The position numbers were made by a program, and so were the translations under genes. Positions 58,818-64,000 of a stretch of 64,000 nt of DNA are shown here, one piece after another; positions within the stretch are counted from its first letter, which is position 1, and each line of letters begins with the position of its first letter. The notes under the pieces are model-generated. The model did no database searches and had not been told where the DNA came from. It saw nothing but the letters and a program-made list of their open reading frames with translations. This DNA is from Dehalococcoidia bacterium (GTDB taxonomy: Bacteria; Chloroflexota; Dehalococcoidia; Lucifugimonadales; UBA2962): the NCBI GenBank assembly GCA_965207145.1, contig OZ242262.1, positions 1,864,827 through 1,928,826 of the forward strand, read 5' to 3'.

Positions 58818-59663
58818 ATGTCGATCCCTGAATCGACGCTCTCCAGATGGAGCCACCATCGGGCTGCGACGGCCTTCACGCAGGCGCACCTTCCCATCCG
58901 GGCCGCCTTGGACAACTACAGTTGGCCCTCGGACATCACGTACGAGGTTTTCCTTCAGGGCTCCTACAAGAACGACACGAACCTCGGCGGGGACAGTGAT
59001 GTCGACGTGGTGGTGCGGTTGAACCATCGGCTCAGGCCGCGAGTGGCCGAGCTCACGGGCCGGCAGTTGCGGGGTGACGCTTCCCGCCAAGGGGCATACC
59101 AGCGGTGGAAGTCCTTCAGGGACCATGCGCTCAAGGCGATGAGAGCTAGGTTCGGGAATGCCGCCAAGAGCGGCCGGAAGACCGTGAAGGTGCCGAAAGG
59201 CAAGATCCCGGCGGACGCCGACCTCGTCGTCACGCTGCGCTACAGGGAAGGCATAGCGTTCTACCTACCGGATGAAGGACGCTGGGTCTTCAGCTTTCCG
59301 CAGCAGCACCACGCTCAGGGTCAGAAGAAGGAAGAGGCAACCAACCGGCGGTTCAAGCGGACCATCCGTATGTTCAAAGCGGCACGGAACCGGCTGGTCG
59401 AGACGGAGGCGCTCACCAAAAGTGATGTCCCCTCCTACTTCATCGAATGCCTGCTCTACAACGTCCCCGACGACCTGTTCAAACCGAAGCTGGTGCCGAG
59501 GTATACGGTCATCGTCGATTGGCTGAAGACAGCGAGGCTCGGTGATCTCAAATGCCAGAACGGCCAAGTGGAACTGTTCGGCTCGGGCAAGGAGCAGTGG
59601 TCCGTGAAGAAGGCGCGGGCGTTCGTCAGGGCGTTGGAGAAGCTGTGGGAGGCGGGGGCATGA
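58818..59663 (+). CDS. nucleotidyltransferase, CD-NTase/SMODS-like (Pol-beta fold with helical C-domain)
   Basis: LQGSYKNDTNLGGDSDVDVVVRL (GS...DxD) at 58959-59006. A later ADADLVVTL carries the third acidic residue. C-terminal region FKRTIRMFKAARN...PSYFIECLLYNVP is typical of cGAS/DncV-like enzymes. Confidence 0.65.
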   Translation: MSIPESTLSRWSHHRAATAFTQAHLPIRAALDNYSWPSDITYEVFLQGSYKNDTNLGGDSDVDVVVRLNHRLRPRVAELTGRQLRGDASRQGAYQRWKSFRDHALKAMRARFGNAAKSGRKTVKVPKGKIPADADLVVTLRYREGIAFYLPDEGRWVFSFPQQHHAQGQKKEEATNRRFKRTIRMFKAARNRLVETEALTKSDVPSYFIECLLYNVPDDLFKPKLVPRYTVIVDWLKTARLGDLKCQNGQVELFGSGKEQWSVKKARAFVRALEKLWEAGA

Positions 59664-59875
59664 AGGATGGCCATCCGCCCACAATCAGGTATCCCGCGGG
59701 ACAAAGTTAAGGATAGTCGTGCCCGTCCAGATTCTCACGGGCCAAGAGCTGTCCCTGAGAGCATGGGAATCTCGGTTGTCAGCAGGTGACCGATCCCTAG
59801 GCACGAAGGTCAGACCACCTCCCTACGGAAGAGCCCTCGATAGTCGCTGGGAGATTTGGCGACGGCCGGGGTCAG

Positions 59876-59905
59876 TTGATCGTAAGAAAAGGGAGATTCT
59901 ATACT
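59876..59905 (+). promoter_or_regulatory. sigma70-like promoter for the HTH/DruA-like/large-ORF operon
   Basis: TTGATC (59876-59881), 18-nt spacer, TATACT (59900-59905). It lies about 45 nt upstream of ATG 59950. Confidence 0.4.
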
Positions 59906-59949
59906 TTCGCCGACTTTCATGGCCATTGATATGTAAGGGCGGTACTGAC

Positions 59950-60171
59950 ATGAGTCTCACGGAGAGCTGGGTGAACATTGCGGAAGTGGCAGCGCACCTA
60001 CAAGTTACGAAGGATTCGATATATCGCTGGGTCGATTCGAAGGGTTTTCCGGCTCACCGCGCCGGGCGACTATTGAGATTCAAGCTATCAGAAGTAGACA
60101 CATGGGTGCGGTCAGGTAGTGATGAGCACACTCCTTTAGAGGGTCATAACAGAAGCGCAGATGACAACTAA
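59950..60171 (+). CDS. small excisionase/MerR-type HTH DNA-binding protein (HTH_17-like)
   Basis: VNIAEVAAHLQVTKDSIYRWVDSKGFPAHRAGRLLRFKLSEVDTWV. The start is taken at the internal ATG 59950. It overlaps the next gene by 11 nt. Confidence 0.75.
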   Translation: MSLTESWVNIAEVAAHLQVTKDSIYRWVDSKGFPAHRAGRLLRFKLSEVDTWVRSGSDEHTPLEGHNRSADDN

Positions 60172-61405
60172 ATCAACTGGCCCGGATTCGGCCGTATTTC
60201 AGGAGGGGCATCTCTCGGCGGGAGCCAATGGTTCTTCGCTGTCTAGTGACCGCGCTGACGGAGCGTCCTTGAAGAGCGCAATACACGAGCACCTGTTGAA
60301 TCTAGGCTTCTCTCGGAATGGCAGTGGCTATTTCGTCGATGGAGTTTTGACGAAGCAGAAGATCCGGAATCTTCATGCCGCCCAACGGGTCGACATCCTG
60401 GAGCGGCATAGGAGCTTTGTTGAAACGCATGGCACCGAATTGGCGAGGCATTTTGCGAGCGGTAGTCAGGTTGACACCGGGTCGATTAGTCCAAGGCTAG
60501 TCCCGGTTCTTCCGGGCTCCCTTGAGTCTCGATTGTTCAGATTTGCTTCGCTGCTGTGGTCTGTGCCAGTGTCGCAGGGCTTTGGGCGTCGACTGCGTTT
60601 CCTCGTCAAGGACAGACAGAACGATTGTTTGATCGGCCTCTTCGCTCTGGGAGACCCCGTCTTCAATCTTTCCGCTCGGGACAATTGGATCGGCTGGACA
60701 CACGAGGACCGCCGGGATCGACTCGTCCATGTAATGGATGCCTATGTTGTTGGCGCCGTTCCTCCATACTCTCAATTGATTGGTGGGAAACTCGTGGCCG
60801 CACTCATGGGTAGCAAGGAGGTGCGACGAGCCTACGAACGGAAGTACCTGGCCCGGCAATCAGTGATTCGCCAGAGGACACATCGGGCGCGTCTGGTGCT
60901 TTTGACGACAACATCGGCTCTGGGTCGTTCATCGATCTACAACCGTCTGACCATACCGGACGGTCCTCGCTTCCTCAGGATTGGTACGACCAAGGGTTTC
61001 GGTCACTTTCATCTTTACGGCGAAGTGTTCGATTCGCTCAGGGATCATCTGGAGGAGACTGGGCACCCCTATGCTTCCGGCCACAGGTTCGGCATGGGGC
61101 CAAACTGGAAGCTGCGCGTCGCAAGAGCCGCACTTGAGGACATTGGCATTGACGGAAACTCAGTCTTGAAGCACGGCATCGAGCGTGAAGTGTACGCCAT
61201 CCCACTGGCTGAGAATTGGAAGAAGGTCATATCGGGTGAGCATCAGAGAGTCCGCTCCCTTGCCAAGCCGGCCGCCGAAATCTCGAAGTACTGCTTGGAC
61301 CGTTGGATCGTGCCTCGATCGGAGCGGGACACGAGTTTTCGTAGCTTTGACAAGGACATCATCATACCTACTTTGTTGAACGGAGGCCCTGGGGCAACGT
61401 GGTAA
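60161..61405 (+). CDS. DruA-like protein (DUF4338-like core)
   Basis: GRRLRFLVKDRQNDCLIGLFALGDPVFNLSARDNWIGWTHEDRRDRL (60584-60697) resembles, from memory, the DUF4338 signature (RLRYLV...RDxWIGW) of Druantia DruA. Size is 414 aa. Confidence 0.55.
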   Translation: MTTKSTGPDSAVFQEGHLSAGANGSSLSSDRADGASLKSAIHEHLLNLGFSRNGSGYFVDGVLTKQKIRNLHAAQRVDILERHRSFVETHGTELARHFASGSQVDTGSISPRLVPVLPGSLESRLFRFASLLWSVPVSQGFGRRLRFLVKDRQNDCLIGLFALGDPVFNLSARDNWIGWTHEDRRDRLVHVMDAYVVGAVPPYSQLIGGKLVAALMGSKEVRRAYERKYLARQSVIRQRTHRARLVLLTTTSALGRSSIYNRLTIPDGPRFLRIGTTKGFGHFHLYGEVFDSLRDHLEETGHPYASGHRFGMGPNWKLRVARAALEDIGIDGNSVLKHGIEREVYAIPLAENWKKVISGEHQRVRSLAKPAAEISKYCLDRWIVPRSERDTSFRSFDKDIIIPTLLNGGPGATW

Positions 61406-64000
61406 TGATCTCTGAACTAGAGGCATGGCAGACGCGCCTGTCACTTCACTTTGCGACTCTCAGGGACAGTCAGCGCGCAAGTGGAACAGGGGAGTCCCTC
61501 TTTGCTCTTGAACACGGTCTGACAGAGTCGGAGGTATCAGCTCTTGAGGGGGCGGTGCGAGCTCACATCGCGTCCCGTGCGCCATCACGCGACCATTGGC
61601 TGGTATGGGTCGTGTACTCTGCCGAACTGGGCTATCGGTACGCCGGTGACGAGTACTGGCAGACGTTCGAACAAGAGACCCCGGGATGGATCGTCAACGG
61701 AGACCGCTACAGGATTCGCGATTTCTACAGACGGTTCGAAAGGGAATTCGGCGGCGCAGTACCTTCGGGTCCTTGGGCTGCGCAATTCTCCATCATATGT
61801 TGGCCCATCACGCATGCCATCCTTCCAAAGGACTTGCAGGTGCAACTTGCCCGGACGCTCTATGAGTGCAGGTTCCTGTTCTCAGAGGATGTTCTCGGGT
61901 CGCCAGAGCGGTTGGGTGGCCTCCTCGCCGCACGGAGTTGGAACGCGTCGTCCCGCTTCAGAAACCTAGCGGAAGACACACGCCTCTTGGGGCAGATCGC
62001 TGCGGCTCTTCTCACCCAGGGACGGCCTGCGTCCGGTGAGCTCATATACCCGGCGACATTACAGAGGATCAGCGAGGACCTTGACCGAGAGCGACAAGCA
62101 CGAGAGTGGATTAGGAAAGCACGTAGTTCCGCAGATGAACGCGTGCAGGTCCGCGGTCTCGGCCCCGTCAGCAGCCGGGCAATTCCGTCCAGCATTAGTC
62201 AAATAGGCGAGGCAAGGGCGGCTGTCGCGCAACTAGGAATCGAGCCACGTCTCGTTCTTCGACCAAGAGACGCATCCGAGAGATTGTGGGACATACTGCT
62301 AGAGGTCCCTAGCCTGGCTCATTTGTTGCTGCGATTCCCTCAGACTCGGGAGATACTCACCGGCTCGCGCTGCGTTGTTGCGGGATCGCAAGGACGCCGC
62401 TTAGCGCGAGGTCGCCTCGTTTATGGCGCTCAGCGCATAAGGCTGGTCAGGTGGCCGAAATCCGACGAAGTGCTGCTGCAATTCGAGAAGAAGGACCCGC
62501 AACTTGACTTCCTCCTTCGTACGGAGTGTCTGCTCCGGCCTGGTTACACTTGGCTCTTGAGGATCGCTTCCGATGGTCTGGCCTATGAGCTCAGGGGCTT
62601 GAGAGTTAGGCCAGATGAGCGCTATGTCATCCTTAGCATGGATGGACCGGTCGACGGAGGCGGGCACGTTACCCCGATTGAGGTAGGGTGCGAGGGAGTC
62701 AACGCCGCGATCCTTGACCTGCCCAAGTCTCTCGACGAAGACTGGCAACAGTCGATTCAGAATCTAGGCCTTGGGCAGGCAAGGGGCATCGAGGTTTGGC
62801 CCGCCGGTTTGTCCGCAGTGGCTTGGGACGGCGAAGGGAATGGCGAGTGGCTGGCCTCCGAGCGACCATGCCTTGCCATTCTTGCGGACTATCCCCTGGA
62901 ATCCCTCAGGGTCTCTATTGATTCAAGCCCCCTTCACGTCTTCGAGTTGGCAACTCTGGAAGCAGGGGAACTCTTGTTTCTCGAACTTCCTCTGCTTCCT
63001 ATAGGGATGCATAAGCTGAGATTCTCAGCAAGTAGCAATCTGGCAGGTGAGATTGAAGCGCTCGCCGATCAAGAAGCCACGATACGCATTCTTGAAGACA
63101 GGCCGCAACCTTCAACGATTGACTTTCGGGGACCGCTGTCAGTGCAGGTCGACCCCCCACACCCCACCATGGAGCAACTCTGGGATGGTGAGGTTGAGGT
63201 CCTGCTTCAAGGTCCTCAGCACCGTGAGGTTTCTTGTCGCGTCTCCCTACTTGCGAGAAATGAAGGGGGTACGATTCTTGCGAAAGACCTGCCGCCGGTC
63301 AGATTGCCTTTATCTCCCAATGATTGGAGGGATCACTTCGAACAACGTTTTCGAAAAAGTGAAGACGTACAAGAGGCATACGACCGGGCCAACGCCTGCG
63401 TACTGGAGTTCGGTGTTGGTGAACTCGGAAGTTTCGTGCTCCGATGCGAGCGCACCTTCACTCCACTCAGGTGGACGTTACGACGGGAGGGTAACGCATA
63501 TGTGACGCGGCTCTATGATGACAGCGGTCACACGGGGCGACCCACAATCAGTCATGTTGCTTTCGAGGCTCCTTCTAGCGAACAAGAGTTGCCGTTCGAT
63601 GAAGAAATCCATGTTGCAGATGACGGTGGGATGTATATCGCACGAACACAGGCTCATACGGTGGCAATCATTGCTCCGCCCGTGCTCCACCACGGCTTCG
63701 GACTCGCCGCGTTAGGCCTCAAACCAGAAATAGAGCGCCTGAGGCGTTCCACTGACTCCGTCATAAGGGTGACGGAGATTGCGGCTCTTTGGAGCCGGGC
63801 GAGGCTGCCCGGCGGTCTCATGGCCGTAGTCCGACGGCAGCAGGTAATGATGGCATTGACCCGCGAACTCTCTCGCCTTGTGGGTGGAGACAATTGGGCG
63901 AGAGCAGAAGAGGAGGCTGACATTAGTGGCAGAGGCACCTGGACCTTAGAAGCCTTGTCCCAAGCGATATCCAAGAACCCTACAGAGGCCGGAGTTGGCC
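61405..64000 (+). CDS. large protein of unknown function, 5' part only (at least 865 codons, open at window end)
   Basis: The ATG overlaps the DruA-like stop (TAATG). By manual translation, frame 1 has no stop to position 64000 (MISELEAWQTRLSLHFATLRD...). It is absent from the ORF track, presumably because it has no stop. No Walker A or DEAD/DEAH motif was seen. Confidence 0.75.
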   Translation, partial: MISELEAWQTRLSLHFATLRDSQRASGTGESLFALEHGLTESEVSALEGAVRAHIASRAPSRDHWLVWVVYSAELGYRYAGDEYWQTFEQETPGWIVNGDRYRIRDFYRRFEREFGGAVPSGPWAAQFSIICWPITHAILPKDLQVQLARTLYECRFLFSEDVLGSPERLGGLLAARSWNASSRFRNLAEDTRLLGQIAAALLTQGRPASGELIYPATLQRISEDLDRERQAREWIRKARSSADERVQVRGLGPVSSRAIPSSISQIGEARAAVAQLGIEPRLVLRPRDASERLWDILLEVPSLAHLLLRFPQTREILTGSRCVVAGSQGRRLARGRLVYGAQRIRLVRWPKSDEVLLQFEKKDPQLDFLLRTECLLRPGYTWLLRIASDGLAYELRGLRVRPDERYVILSMDGPVDGGGHVTPIEVGCEGVNAAILDLPKSLDEDWQQSIQNLGLGQARGIEVWPAGLSAVAWDGEGNGEWLASERPCLAILADYPLESLRVSIDSSPLHVFELATLEAGELLFLELPLLPIGMHKLRFSASSNLAGEIEALADQEATIRILEDRPQPSTIDFRGPLSVQVDPPHPTMEQLWDGEVEVLLQGPQHREVSCRVSLLARNEGGTILAKDLPPVRLPLSPNDWRDHFEQRFRKSEDVQEAYDRANACVLEFGVGELGSFVLRCERTFTPLRWTLRREGNAYVTRLYDDSGHTGRPTISHVAFEAPSSEQELPFDEEIHVADDGGMYIARTQAHTVAIIAPPVLHHGFGLAALGLKPEIERLRRSTDSVIRVTEIAALWSRARLPGGLMAVVRRQQVMMALTRELSRLVGGDNWARAEEEADISGRGTWTLEALSQAISKNPTEAGVG

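Noticed and set aside
1-64000. Genome-wide TGA reassignment (to Trp or Cys) as the explanation for the two in-frame TGAs
   Set aside because: At least two well-supported genes here terminate at TGA at the expected protein end (the NuoE-like gene at 30071-30073 and moeA at 35797-35799). Only two interrupted genes were found in the window. The two cases have different contexts: a Trp-like PAS position versus a redox Cys.

Overview
GC-rich bacterial chromosomal segment. The taxon cannot be determined from the sequence alone. Positions 1 to about 51.7 kb look like ordinary core genome. They carry housekeeping genes (glyQS, hppA, thiE, rnhB, mnmA, rsfS, ndk, tsaB, tsaE, aroC, fhs), a family-5 ABC solute-binding lipoprotein with a CocE/NonD hydrolase, an aldolase/Zn-ADH/SDR block and glcDEF. 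They also carry a long same-strand cluster (24.6-38.9 kb): fhs, two moeA genes (one fused to a PBP-like domain), mobA, a MoaD-like GG protein, a tungsten-type aldehyde:ferredoxin oxidoreductase, NuoE/NuoF-like subunits, a Cys-type formate dehydrogenase alpha subunit and an unknown protein. Two thioredoxin-fold genes follow at 48-51.7 kb. One of them is only complete if an in-frame TGA at the first Cys position of its CxxC motif is read through, so it is a selenocysteine candidate. From about 51.7 kb the composition drops and the content becomes accessory: an AT-rich palindrome-rich spacer, an orphan histidine kinase, a PIG-L deacetylase and an intact IS256-family element with about 38-40 bp inverted repeats. 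A putative defence island follows. It holds a PD-(D/E)xK-like protein plus a CD-NTase/SMODS-like nucleotidyltransferase, then a tightly overlapped operon of a small excisionase-type HTH, a DruA-like (DUF4338-like) protein and an ORF of at least 865 codons that runs off the window end. That last ORF is absent from the supplied ORF track. The Druantia-like but non-canonical operon and the adjacent nuclease/NTase pair are my best candidates for a new system. All family assignments come from reading motifs by eye. No HMM or database search was possible.
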